A DNA stretch of 64,000 bases from a bacterium (GTDB taxonomy: Bacteria; Bacteroidota; Ignavibacteria; UBA10030): NCBI GenBank assembly GCA_043803945.1, contig JAZDJN010000038.1, positions 9,029-73,028 on the forward strand. Reading direction: 5' to 3'. Position numbers and translations under genes: made by a program. Shown in pieces: positions 19,353-28,810 of this stretch (the first letter of the stretch is position 1; the number at the start of each line of letters is the position of its first letter). The notes below the pieces were generated by a model. It was not told where the DNA came from and did not search any database. It was given only the letters and a program-made list of their open reading frames with translations.

Positions 19353-19446
19353 TAGTGTTCCCAAAATGAGTCAGTTTGGGATCTACTACGCGGAATTGCA
19401 ATTTGCCGCTTAATAGATCCCCGACGAAGGCATCCGGGGAACACTG
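19353..19446. repeat. REP-like paired palindromes, family B
   Basis: AGTGTTCCCAAA...TTTGGGATCTAC and TAGATCCCCGA...CCGGGGAACACTG; related copies at 57513-57604 and 63781-63813. Confidence 0.7.
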
Positions 19447-19591
19447 ATAAAATTGAGAATCAGTGTTGTCTCGCTACATTGACATTTTGCTATTTGTATC
19501 TTGATTCTTGATTTCAACGTTTGCCTGTCAGGAAACGATGGGATATCGTATCAAATAACAGCATCATCAAGTACTGGGTGGATTGGTTACA

Positions 19592-21094
19592 ATGAATTTC
19601 CAGGCCATTGATTGGATTATTCTGGTTCTCTACCTCGGAGCCTCGGTGTTTATCGGTATCTGGGCAAAGCGGTACGTCGAAAATGTGGAGGGTTATTTTG
19701 TCGCCGGCAGACGGGTGAAAGTCGCTCTGGGTACGGCAACCCTGATTGCCACAGAGATCGGCATAGTCACCTTTATGTATTTAGGTGAACTCGGCTATGT
19801 CACAGGGTTTTCCTGCTTCTGGCTGGGGATCAATGGAGTGATTGGTTATCTGATTATTGGCAAAACCGGTTTTATTGTTTCGGAGCTGCGACGGTTAAAA
19901 GTAATGACCATTCCGGAATTCTATGAAATCCGGTTTAGTAAGAATGTGAGGCTGCTCGGCGGGATACTTCTCTTCCTGGGCGGTGTCTTGAACATGGGTG
20001 TCTTTCTCAAAATGGATGGAATCTTTCTCACTGAGACCATGGGATTCAGTCCGGATGTGCTCACGATTGTCATGATCGTAATGCTTCTCATTGTAATCAC
20101 CTACACAGTGTTAGGGGGGATGTTCTCTGTGGTCATCACAGACTTTATCCAGTTTGTTGTTCTCACCATCGGTATGCTCATTGCGACAATTTTTACTCTG
20201 ACCCATGTCAGCTTCAGCGATATTGCCACAGCGGTCACTTCAACATATGGTGATGCCGGTGTGAATCCTGTTGTGAATCCGCGGTTTGGATGGATGTTTC
20301 TCATCTGGATTCTTCTCGGCAGTGTTGGTGCTTCTGCCTTGAATCAGCCGGCAACAACAAAAGCACTGGCGTCGGAAAATGCGGAGGCAGGAAGAAAAAT
20401 ATTTCTCTTTGCCGGTATCACGCTTGCAGGCAGATACATTATTCCGATGTTTTGGGGCGCTGCGGCATTGGCGATGTTCGGTCCGAATCTTAGTCCAACA
20501 CTGGCGATGCCGAAACTGCTGGGGGCGGTGGTTCCTTCTGGATTTCTTGGACTCATGATTGCAGGTATGCTTGCCGCATCCATGTCGACCTATAGTGCCT
20601 ATATGCTTGCCTGGAGTTCGGTAGCAACACGTGATATTATTGCGCCGTTAAGGAGGAAGGAGATGAGCGAGAAAACCATGATTTTGCTGAGCCGGGCGAT
20701 TTCGACGGTCATCGGAATTTTTATTCTGGTGTTTGGGCTCTGGTATGAGATTCCTGCAACAGCCTTCCAATATATCGCACTGACAGGAGCGATGTATGCT
20801 GCAGGCGCCTTTGGCTGTGTGGCGTTTGGCCTGTACTGGAAGAAGGCCAATGCCGTTGGGGCCTATAGTGCATTAGCTCTTGGTGCCTTTTCACCTCTTA
20901 GTTTTCTGGTGCTCGAACAATTTAAAGAGAGTCTGCCGCAGAGCATCGTCTGGCTTGTCGATGTCAATATTTCCGGTTTCCTGAGTTTTGTACTTGCAGT
21001 AGCGGGTATGGTTGTGGGTTCGTTGCTGACGACGGGCAAAGTTCCACCGCGCCCGCTTCCAACACCATCAGCAAGGGAAGGAGTAGTGTTATGA
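19592..21094 (+). CDS. Sodium:solute symporter (SSS) family transporter
   Basis: YFVAGR, TIPEFYEIRF, YTVLGGMFSVVITDFIQ, LAASMST, FGLYWKKAN; about 13 TM segments. Confidence 0.9.
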   Translation: MNFQAIDWIILVLYLGASVFIGIWAKRYVENVEGYFVAGRRVKVALGTATLIATEIGIVTFMYLGELGYVTGFSCFWLGINGVIGYLIIGKTGFIVSELRRLKVMTIPEFYEIRFSKNVRLLGGILLFLGGVLNMGVFLKMDGIFLTETMGFSPDVLTIVMIVMLLIVITYTVLGGMFSVVITDFIQFVVLTIGMLIATIFTLTHVSFSDIATAVTSTYGDAGVNPVVNPRFGWMFLIWILLGSVGASALNQPATTKALASENAEAGRKIFLFAGITLAGRYIIPMFWGAAALAMFGPNLSPTLAMPKLLGAVVPSGFLGLMIAGMLAASMSTYSAYMLAWSSVATRDIIAPLRRKEMSEKTMILLSRAISTVIGIFILVFGLWYEIPATAFQYIALTGAMYAAGAFGCVAFGLYWKKANAVGAYSALALGAFSPLSFLVLEQFKESLPQSIVWLVDVNISGFLSFVLAVAGMVVGSLLTTGKVPPRPLPTPSAREGVVL

Positions 21095-21225
21095 CGCCAG
21101 GCACATTGGTTTGGATTATCGTATTTCTGATCTCTGTGTTACTCTTTTTTGGTGCGGCTGGATTCATCACAGTTCAGGGAATTAAAGACCTGCGTGATTT
21201 ATTGAAACGATCAGAGAAGGAATAA
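21091..21225 (+). CDS. 44-aa single-TM small protein coupled to the SSS gene (absent from the ORF track)
   Basis: ATGA overlap with the symporter stop; RBS GGAG; MTPGTLVWIIVFLISVLLFFGAAGFITVQGIKDLRDLLKRSEKE. Confidence 0.7.
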   Translation: MTPGTLVWIIVFLISVLLFFGAAGFITVQGIKDLRDLLKRSEKE

Positions 21226-21258
21226 TGTCGCTGGGTTTTTTCTGTTATTTCCTATCAT

Positions 21259-21926
21259 TGTCTGAACCATGATTTTCATGATTTACTCGATAATAAGGAT
21301 GGAATTCCATAATTCAGATAACTGATACTATTCCTGATTGGGGCGATATTTCTTGTTGTGAAGTCTTTTAAACTCCAGGCTTTTCGCGCCGAAATTTATG
21401 AGCAAGCCCACTTCTAAATTATATGCCTCAAGATAATTCAAAGCTTGAGCTAAATGAACATCCTCTAGTTTGATCACTGCTTTCAATTCCACACTGATCT
21501 TCTCTTCCACCAGGAAATCGACACGGCGGATTCCTACTTCTATGTCATCGTAGAAAATTGGCATTTCAAATTCTCTGGCAAAGTTGAGTTGATTCTTCGC
21601 CAACTCAATTTGCATACATCTTTGATAGATTACTTCTTGAAATCCATTCCCGAGTGTGTTGTGCACCCGCATCGCACAGCCGATGATTCTTTCGGTTATG
21701 TCTTTGTATTTCAAATCAGGTGTCTGAACCATGATTTACATGATTGAAAGATTACCAGGATGATTATTTACCATGATTTATACGATTGTAGGATTGCCGG
21801 TATGATTATGTACCATGAGTCACACGATTGAAAGATTACAGGATGATTGTCTGTTAATTTATTGCCTTCGCCTTATTGTATTTATTCATCATGATAATCT
21901 CTAAATCCAAATAATCCCGGTTCAGA
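21259..21926. repeat. Repeat system bracketing the GxxExxY gene
   Basis: 25-bp direct repeat TGTCTGAACCATGATTT(T/A)CATGATT at 21259 and 21721; three 42-bp-period units starting at 21728, 21770 and 21812; a degenerate inverted copy ending GGTTCAGA at 21926. Confidence 0.8.
21328..21732 (-). CDS. GxxExxY protein (PD-(D/E)XK nuclease superfamily)
   Basis: VHNTLGNGFQEVIYQ, RVDFLVE...VELKA, AQALNYL, GLLINFG. Confidence 0.9.
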   Translation of the reverse strand: MVQTPDLKYKDITERIIGCAMRVHNTLGNGFQEVIYQRCMQIELAKNQLNFAREFEMPIFYDDIEVGIRRVDFLVEEKISVELKAVIKLEDVHLAQALNYLEAYNLEVGLLINFGAKSLEFKRLHNKKYRPNQE

Positions 21927-22085
21927 TTTCTTTTCTACTGGACTTATTCCTTTTTCACTGGACAAGCTGTGTTCGCTCTCGAATGTATTATGGCAAAAAT
22001 GTAAAGTCAATTAACCAGCATGAAAAGCTAACATCGCAAATATCTTTTTATCGATCTATTCAGCTAATGATATCAATGGCTGTAC

Positions 22086-22122
22086 AAAAGAAAACCCCTG
22101 GAGTCCAGGAGCTTTCTTTTTC
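22086..22122. terminator. Probable intrinsic terminator downstream of dcp
   Basis: AAAAGAAAACCCCTGGAGTCCAGGAGCTTTCTTTTT, a hairpin flanked by A and T tracts. Confidence 0.5.
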
Positions 22123-22143
22123 AAGTGAGTAATCAGTGCAAGT

Positions 22144-24252
22144 CTATTTCAGCCCACGTTTTTCCAACAGCGGCTCAACCGATGGCTCGCGGCCGCGGAA
22201 TTTTTTATACATCGACATCGCTTCCTCGGTTCCTCCTTTTTCAAGAATGTTTTTCCGGAACGATGTCGCTGTTGCCTGATCAAAAATTCCTTTTTCTTTG
22301 AATGCTGAAAAAGCGTCGGTATCGAGCACTTCGCTCCAAATGTAACTGTAATATCCCGCCGAGTAGCCGCCTGCGAAAATATGCTGGAAGTACGGGCTCC
22401 GATAGCGCGGTGGAATTTCCTTGATCAATCCAATCTTGTTCAACGATGCTTGCTCAAATGCGGCAGCGTCTCCTTCCGGTGCTTTGGTGATCGTGTGCCA
22501 ATTCATGTCGAGCAACGAAGCAGCCAGATATTCCACAGTAATAAATCCTTGATTGAACTTCTCGGCGTTCTGCATTTTCTCAATCAGGTTGTCAGGAATC
22601 GGCTCGCCTGTTTTCCAGTGCCGGGCATAGTTTTTCAGAACCTCTTTCTGAAATGCCCAGTGTTCCATGATCTGAGAAGGGAGCTCGACAAAGTCCTGAG
22701 GAACACCGGCCAGGCCGCGATACTTGATCCGGGAGAGCAGTGAATGTAATCCATGGCCAAACTCGTGGAAAAGGGTCTCCACCTCTTCCAGGCGCAGCAG
22801 CGCAGGAGTTGTGGCAGTCGGCCGTGTAAAGTTGCAGACATTCACGACGATGGGGCGAATATCTATGCCATCCCGTATTTGCTGACCGCGGAAGCGGCTC
22901 GACCATGCGCCACCTCGCTTGCCGGGACGTGGATGGTAATCGACTAGAAAGACTCCAAGATGTGAACCGTCGGAATCGAGTACTTCGAACGTCTTTACTT
23001 CACTATGATATTTCGGGAGATCGGTTCTCTCTTTGAAAGTAAGCCCGTATAACCGGTTTGCAACGTAGAATGCACCATCCCGAACATTGTCAAGTGAGAA
23101 ATACTGGCTCACTTCGTTTTCATCGAGTGCATAACGCTCCATCTTTACTTTCTCTGCATAGTATCGCCAGTCCGACGGCGCAAGCGAAAACTTGCCCCCT
23201 TCCTTGTTAATCATCTTCTGCAAATCGATCGCTTCCTTTTTCGCGACAGCAAGCGCCGGAGTCCAGAGTTGATTTAAAAGTTTGTAGGCTCCCTCCGGAG
23301 TCTTTGCCATTCGTTCTTCAAGAACAAAGTGAGCGTGTGATGGGAAGCCAAGGGTGGCAGCACGGTCTGCACGGAGTGAAGCGATTTTGGTAAGCAGAGT
23401 GTTATTGTCCTGTTGATTGCCATGGTCGCATCGCTTAAGATAGGCGGTGAGGATTTGTTCACGCAACTCCTGGTTTTGAGCATATGTGAGGAACGGCCAG
23501 ATACTCGGTGCCTGCAGGGTGTACACCCACTTACCTTCCATGCTGGCTGCCTTCGCCGATTGTGCACCGGCGGCGATAACGCCTTCCGGCAGTCCGGCGA
23601 GATCGCTCTTTTTCTCAAGGACCAGTCGATAGGCATTAGTCTCCTTAAGGAGATTTTCAGCAAAGCGGAGGCCGAGAAGAGAGAGCTCTTCATTAATTGC
23701 CCTCAACGTCTTTTTCTTTTCGTCGGGTAAATTGGCTCCGCCCCGAACGAAATTCTTATGGGTCTCCTCGAGTAGTCTCAACTGATCAGGAGCGAGTTGA
23801 AGATTCGAGCGCTTTTCCCAGACACTCTTCACACGTTGAAACAGCTTCTCATTGAGCAGGATGTCATCCTGCAATGCTGTAAGCTTTGGCGCGGTTTGTT
23901 TTGCAATATCCTGCAATCGACTGTTGGTTTCAGCAGAATTCAAATTACTGAAGACGGAAGAAACTTTCTCAAGTAACGCGCCGGAGTAATTGAGAGCCTC
24001 AATGGTGTTAGCAAAGGTTGGTGCATCGGCGTTGGAAATAATCGCATCGATCTCTTTACGGCGTTCGGCGATTGCCTGGTCGTAAGCAGGAAGAAAATGC
24101 TCTTCCTTGATCTGGTTGAAGGGAGGTATGCCGAATGGAGTTGCCCATTGCATCAATAAGGGATTTTGTCCCTGGGGCTGCGGAACCGATTGAGCAGAAA
24201 GCGTTGCGGTCATACTGCACATCAAACCAATCCATATATATGATTTAAGCAT
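22144..24252 (-). CDS. dcp: M3 family metallopeptidase, peptidyl-dipeptidase Dcp-like, with signal peptide
   Basis: NPLL..W.TPFG.PPF, KRGGAW, TLFHEFGHGLH (HEXXH), DFVELPSQIMEHW, FQHIFAGGYSAGYYSYIWSEVLD. Confidence 0.9.
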   Translation of the reverse strand: MLKSYIWIGLMCSMTATLSAQSVPQPQGQNPLLMQWATPFGIPPFNQIKEEHFLPAYDQAIAERRKEIDAIISNADAPTFANTIEALNYSGALLEKVSSVFSNLNSAETNSRLQDIAKQTAPKLTALQDDILLNEKLFQRVKSVWEKRSNLQLAPDQLRLLEETHKNFVRGGANLPDEKKKTLRAINEELSLLGLRFAENLLKETNAYRLVLEKKSDLAGLPEGVIAAGAQSAKAASMEGKWVYTLQAPSIWPFLTYAQNQELREQILTAYLKRCDHGNQQDNNTLLTKIASLRADRAATLGFPSHAHFVLEERMAKTPEGAYKLLNQLWTPALAVAKKEAIDLQKMINKEGGKFSLAPSDWRYYAEKVKMERYALDENEVSQYFSLDNVRDGAFYVANRLYGLTFKERTDLPKYHSEVKTFEVLDSDGSHLGVFLVDYHPRPGKRGGAWSSRFRGQQIRDGIDIRPIVVNVCNFTRPTATTPALLRLEEVETLFHEFGHGLHSLLSRIKYRGLAGVPQDFVELPSQIMEHWAFQKEVLKNYARHWKTGEPIPDNLIEKMQNAEKFNQGFITVEYLAASLLDMNWHTITKAPEGDAAAFEQASLNKIGLIKEIPPRYRSPYFQHIFAGGYSAGYYSYIWSEVLDTDAFSAFKEKGIFDQATATSFRKNILEKGGTEEAMSMYKKFRGREPSVEPLLEKRGLK

Positions 24253-24551
24253 TGTGCTGTGCTCCTTTCGAGAAGGGAAGTGTGAGGGAAAGATGGTCGA
24301 ATATCAGAGAACAGGCATTGGAAAAAAATCCGGATCGCTGGCAATGCCACTTCAAGCCGAAATTCCGGTTTGAATATAGGAGAATATCAGTGAAAACTCC
24401 AAAAAGTCATTGCGAATTGTGAGTGATTTTTTATGGAGAGTCTCGTGCAACACTCGTGGAAATTCCCTAAATTGGCGCGGTGTGCGGGTGGATTAATTCC
24501 CCGTAAGGCATGTGTTATCTTCATCATAGCGTTGAGAGAAGGAGATACCTC

Positions 24552-25661
24552 GTGGCAAGCGTTCGATTGGAAAATGTGAGGAAAGTATTCGATGGCGGAG
24601 TCGTTGCCGTTCATAGCTTCAACCTCGAAATTCAAGATCGTGAATTTGTGGTTCTTGTAGGACCCTCTGGCTGCGGTAAATCGACAACACTGCGGATGAT
24701 CGCAGGGCTTGAAGAAGTGACCGAAGGCTCGATCTACATTGACGATAAAGAGGTAAGCAATGTTGAGCCGAAAGACCGTGATATTGCGATGGTCTTCCAG
24801 AACTATGCGCTCTATCCCCATATGACGGTGTTCGAGAATATGGCGTTCGGTTTGAAATTGCGGAAGTACCCAAAGGATGAAATCCAACGGCGAGTACAGG
24901 AAGCCGCGGCAATCCTCGGTATCGAAAGCTATCTCGAACGCAAACCAAAAGCATTATCGGGTGGCCAGCGTCAGCGTGTTGCTGTCGGCAGAGCCATTGT
25001 GCGAAAGCCAAAAGTCTTTCTCTTTGATGAACCGCTCAGTAACCTTGATGCCAAGCTCCGTGTTCAAATGCGTATTGAGATTTCCAAATTGCATCAGACC
25101 CTCGGGGCGACAATGATTTACGTGACCCATGATCAAACCGAAGCAATGACCATGGCCGATAAGATCGTCTTGATGAAGGATGGACACATTCAGCAAATTG
25201 ACACACCGCTCAATATTTACAATTATCCTCAGAATATGTTTGTTGCGGGTTTTATCGGAAGTCCGACAATGAATCTTATCCCGGGAGTTATTGCCAAAAC
25301 GAAAGGTCTTGTCTTTATTGAGCATGAAGCCCAGAATAAACTTCCTCTTTCGAAATCATTCGAGAAACGATTGGCACCGTACATTGATAAAGAGGTTGTT
25401 CTGGGATTGCGGCCTGAGCACATCCAAATCATGAAAAGTTCGGTCCGTGGCGCTCGTTCAAATGGCATCGATGTAAACATCGAGGTTGTTGAGCCGATGG
25501 GGAATGAAATTTTTGTATATTTCACTACAGTTCAGCGTGGCAAACAATTGGTCTCCCGGATGCATAATGAGCTGTCTGTTCCTGTCGGTTCCGCAGCACG
25601 TTTATCGTTCGATTTATCCAAGGCTCACTTTTTCGATAAAGAAACGGAAAAGGTTATCTGA
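24552..25661 (+). CDS. Sugar ABC transporter ATP-binding protein (MalK/MsmX/UgpC family)
   Basis: GPSGCGKST, VFQNYALYPHMTV, LSGGQRQR, DEPLSNLDAKLR, TOBE-like tail. GTG start at 24552 after RBS GGAG. Confidence 0.9.
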   Translation: MASVRLENVRKVFDGGVVAVHSFNLEIQDREFVVLVGPSGCGKSTTLRMIAGLEEVTEGSIYIDDKEVSNVEPKDRDIAMVFQNYALYPHMTVFENMAFGLKLRKYPKDEIQRRVQEAAAILGIESYLERKPKALSGGQRQRVAVGRAIVRKPKVFLFDEPLSNLDAKLRVQMRIEISKLHQTLGATMIYVTHDQTEAMTMADKIVLMKDGHIQQIDTPLNIYNYPQNMFVAGFIGSPTMNLIPGVIAKTKGLVFIEHEAQNKLPLSKSFEKRLAPYIDKEVVLGLRPEHIQIMKSSVRGARSNGIDVNIEVVEPMGNEIFVYFTTVQRGKQLVSRMHNELSVPVGSAARLSFDLSKAHFFDKETEKVI

Positions 25662-25893
25662 GGCATTGGGGGAAGCTAAGGGGGATCATCGAGGACAAAG
25701 AATAACACATTCATTATTCGCACCTCCATGGAACTCAGCAATGAGCAGTTTTTCGACCGAGCTTCATTGAATATTGATGAATCTGGAACCAAAATCTTTT
25801 ATCATGGTTGCACCTCAACAGGAGAGGTCTTACATTATATCAGAATAACTTACGATGCGGTATTTCCATTAACATTTTTAGAAAGGTGTCCTA

Positions 25894-26265
25894 ATGAGAA
25901 TCATTTCAATTGCTCTTTGTCTCATCCTTATCGTGGGGATTGGCCTCGCACAGAATAAAAAAACCGAGTCCATCAGACTCTCGGTCACCGGCATGACCTG
26001 TGGGGGGTGTGCCTCAACAGTGACGAACGCACTCAAGGCTGTCGAGGGTGTTCAGAATGTCAAGGTCAACCTTGAAGAGGGGATTGCCAACGTCGACCTG
26101 AAGCCCGATGGCAAGGTTGCTCCTGAAACACTCATCAAGGCGGTCACTGAAGCAGGCTATGAGGCTTCGCTGGCGAAACAGGAAGCTCCGAAGAAAGAGA
26201 TGACCGAGAAGAAGGAGAAAAAAGAGAAAAAGGAAGTCAAGAAAAAAGAGACAAAGAAAATTTGA
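25894..26265 (+). CDS. Exported heavy-metal-associated (HMA, CopZ/MerP-like) protein with Lys/Glu-rich tail
   Basis: Signal peptide; GMTCGGC; AVTEAGY; tail KKEKKEKKEVKKKETKK. Confidence 0.85.
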   Translation: MRIISIALCLILIVGIGLAQNKKTESIRLSVTGMTCGGCASTVTNALKAVEGVQNVKVNLEEGIANVDLKPDGKVAPETLIKAVTEAGYEASLAKQEAPKKEMTEKKEKKEKKEVKKKETKKI

Positions 26266-26299
26266 GTTAGGCTCTTTCGTTCTTCCAGGAGTTGTAATC

Positions 26300-26333
26300 A
26301 TCCGCTCGAAGTTTTTTCGAGTGGATTTTTTTT
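26300..26333 (+). terminator. Intrinsic terminator
   Basis: ATCCGCTCGAA-gtttt-TTCGAGTGGAT followed by a T-run, between convergent genes. Confidence 0.7.
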
Positions 26334-26336
26334 GCG

Positions 26337-27209
26337 TTACGATGGCTCGCTTCTCTTTTTACCTATTCCCGATTTAAACATCATAAACGAAGTATAGAAG
26401 ATCACTCCGAGAACAATCCATTTGAGATAGAGAAGATCGATCGAAGTGACCAGATACGCCGCAATCAACACCCCCGGTATACCGCCCACTGTCAATGCCA
26501 TCGCAGCATTTCTGTTGTAGGCCTTTTCCTTAATGAATTTCCCTCCTGCGGCAGGCATCAGAAAAGCACATGCCCCCATCATAATGGGAAACGCTGCCAG
26601 CGGGCTCATTCCCAGCGCATAAACAAGTGCCATACACGGGGCATAGAAGCCGACACCGATGGTCATTAGCGATCCAAGGATGAATGTACTGACGATAGCA
26701 CTTAAGAGTTTCCATTCTTGCAGGCCTACGGCATCACCTCCTGTTGGATAGAGATTGAGTAATCCGGCGAGAAGTGCAATTGCGACGGCAAGGAGAGCAA
26801 ACCCCATTCCGAATTGAATTGCCTTTTCAGGCAACTTTGATACGATCCCGGCTCCCAACACTGCACCTGCCACTGAAGAAATAAGCAGGCTAATCAGTGT
26901 CACCGTTTCGACATCGACGATAGCAATGAAAATGAATGCCTGAGCGATTACGGGAAGGGCATGGCCGACATTAAGGGTCCCAGGAATATCCTTATCGTCG
27001 ACGAGATGGAGAAACTTAAAAAATGATGTGGTGGGCGCAAAGCTTCCGATGCCAAGGGTATCGAAAAAGTTTGTGCCAAATCCAATGCTTCCCAAGGCCG
27101 GCAGCCGTTTGCCTTCAATGAGGTTTCTATGCTTGTGCCAATCCCAGGCGAAGTACAGAAAGTAGAGTGTTGTGATAATTCCAAGAACGATGAGTAAAAT
27201 CGTGATCAT
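26337..27209 (-). CDS. TauE/SafE-family membrane transporter
   Basis: NFFDTLGIGSFA, IPGTLNV, AAFPIMMG.CAFL; two-repeat hydrophobic architecture. Confidence 0.75.
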   Translation of the reverse strand: MITILLIVLGIITTLYFLYFAWDWHKHRNLIEGKRLPALGSIGFGTNFFDTLGIGSFAPTTSFFKFLHLVDDKDIPGTLNVGHALPVIAQAFIFIAIVDVETVTLISLLISSVAGAVLGAGIVSKLPEKAIQFGMGFALLAVAIALLAGLLNLYPTGGDAVGLQEWKLLSAIVSTFILGSLMTIGVGFYAPCMALVYALGMSPLAAFPIMMGACAFLMPAAGGKFIKEKAYNRNAAMALTVGGIPGVLIAAYLVTSIDLLYLKWIVLGVIFYTSFMMFKSGIGKKRSEPS

Positions 27210-27626
27210 AAAATATTCCTTGTAGCACATCACCTCTCATATGCCATTACTTATTGTCTGGGTTGTCGGTAAATAGAAGAACCAACTGTGGGATCTTTTG
27301 AAGCCATCGGGCATACCCTGCATTATAGGGTGGAACTCAAATGATCCAACTGGTGTCGTGTATAGTACTAAAAGAGAAAAGCGATTTCAAGAAATATCCT
27401 CACTAATTATTCAATGCTTTTTCTTTTTTTTCCGGTTACTCTCATGGTTGAATATCGGTATTTTTACAATTACCTTCCTTTCGATTCATACACAATAAAT
27501 TGACGGTGTCCACCATTGGATCGTGCAATTCTCTGTTATGGAAATATCATCTCAACTCGCACAACAATGAATCAATCCTAGATTAGATCATGTCATATCA
27601 TATCCCAACGCTCTAAAGGAGGCTCT

Positions 27627-28799
27627 ATGAAGTTACAGCGAACATTGAAGATGGGGATGATTGGAGGGGGGCCTGATGCATTTATTGGCGAGGTTCATCG
27701 GAAAGCCGCACGCATGGATGGCGGTGTCGATATCGTCGCCGGTGTTTTTAGCCGCAACGCCGAAAAATCGCATCAAACCGGACAACAGCTTCTCCTGGAT
27801 CCTAAAAGAATCTATACAAGCTATGAAGAGCTCATCGCGAAAGAACGGCAATTGCCAGAGGGGGAGCGTGTAGATTTTGTGGCTCTTGTGACACCAAACA
27901 ATTCCCACTTCCCGATTGCAAAGGCGCTCCTGGAGTCGGGCTTCCATGTGATGTGTGAAAAACCGATGACCTTCAATGTCGATGAAGCGCGTGAACTGCA
28001 GAGCATTGTGCAGCAATCCGTTAAAGTGTTCGGGCTCATGCACAATTACACCGGTTACCCAATGGTAAAACTTGCCCGGGATATTGTCCGCAATGGTGAG
28101 TTAGGTGAGATAAGAAAGATTGTGGTGCAATACCCGCAAGGGTGGCTCTCCACTCCTCTGGAACAAACCGGCAATGTGCAGGCGGTGTGGCGTACTGATC
28201 CGGCACAGAGCGGCGGCGGCGGTGCACTCGGTGATATCGGAACGCATGGCGAAAACCTCTCAGAGTATATCACCGGATTGAAGATTACTCATGTCTGTGC
28301 CGACCTCACATCATTTGTCCCCGGGCGCAAACTCGATGACGATTGTAATTGTCTCCTTCGCTTCGAGAATGGGGCAAAGGGACTTCTCCATGTCAGCCAG
28401 ATCGCCATCGGCGAGGAGAATAATCTGGCAATCTGGATCTATGGCACGAAGAAATCATTGGAATGGCATCAGGAACATCCGAATCATCTCACGCTCAAAG
28501 CACTCGATGGACCGATGGAGGTCTATCGCCGCGGCAATCCGTACATTGGTGCAAAAAGCGCCGCTGCAGCTCGGGCAACCCGATTGCCTTTCGGTCACCC
28601 TGAGGCATTCATTGAAGCATTTGCGAATATCTACTGCAATTTTACCGACACTGTCCGCGCCGCGCTGACTGGACAAACACCGGATCCCTTGATTCAAGAT
28701 TTTCCCAATGTCAATGATGGCTTGCGCGGAATGCTGTTTATCCAATCCGTACTTACCAGTGCCACGAGCTCCCAGAAATGGACACCAATGTCAACGTAA
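27627..28799 (+). CDS. Gfo/Idh/MocA oxidoreductase (cytoplasmic)
   Basis: GMIGGGPDAFIG.VHR, VTPN..H, CEKP, GDIGTH, GHPEAFIEAFANIY. Confidence 0.9.
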   Translation: MKLQRTLKMGMIGGGPDAFIGEVHRKAARMDGGVDIVAGVFSRNAEKSHQTGQQLLLDPKRIYTSYEELIAKERQLPEGERVDFVALVTPNNSHFPIAKALLESGFHVMCEKPMTFNVDEARELQSIVQQSVKVFGLMHNYTGYPMVKLARDIVRNGELGEIRKIVVQYPQGWLSTPLEQTGNVQAVWRTDPAQSGGGGALGDIGTHGENLSEYITGLKITHVCADLTSFVPGRKLDDDCNCLLRFENGAKGLLHVSQIAIGEENNLAIWIYGTKKSLEWHQEHPNHLTLKALDGPMEVYRRGNPYIGAKSAAAARATRLPFGHPEAFIEAFANIYCNFTDTVRAALTGQTPDPLIQDFPNVNDGLRGMLFIQSVLTSATSSQKWTPMST

Positions 28800-28810
28800 G
28801 GAGATGAACG

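Noticed and set aside
21721-21850. 42-bp periodic repeats as a CRISPR array
   Set aside because: The units are degenerate and nearly contiguous, with no unique spacers, only three copies and no cas genes.
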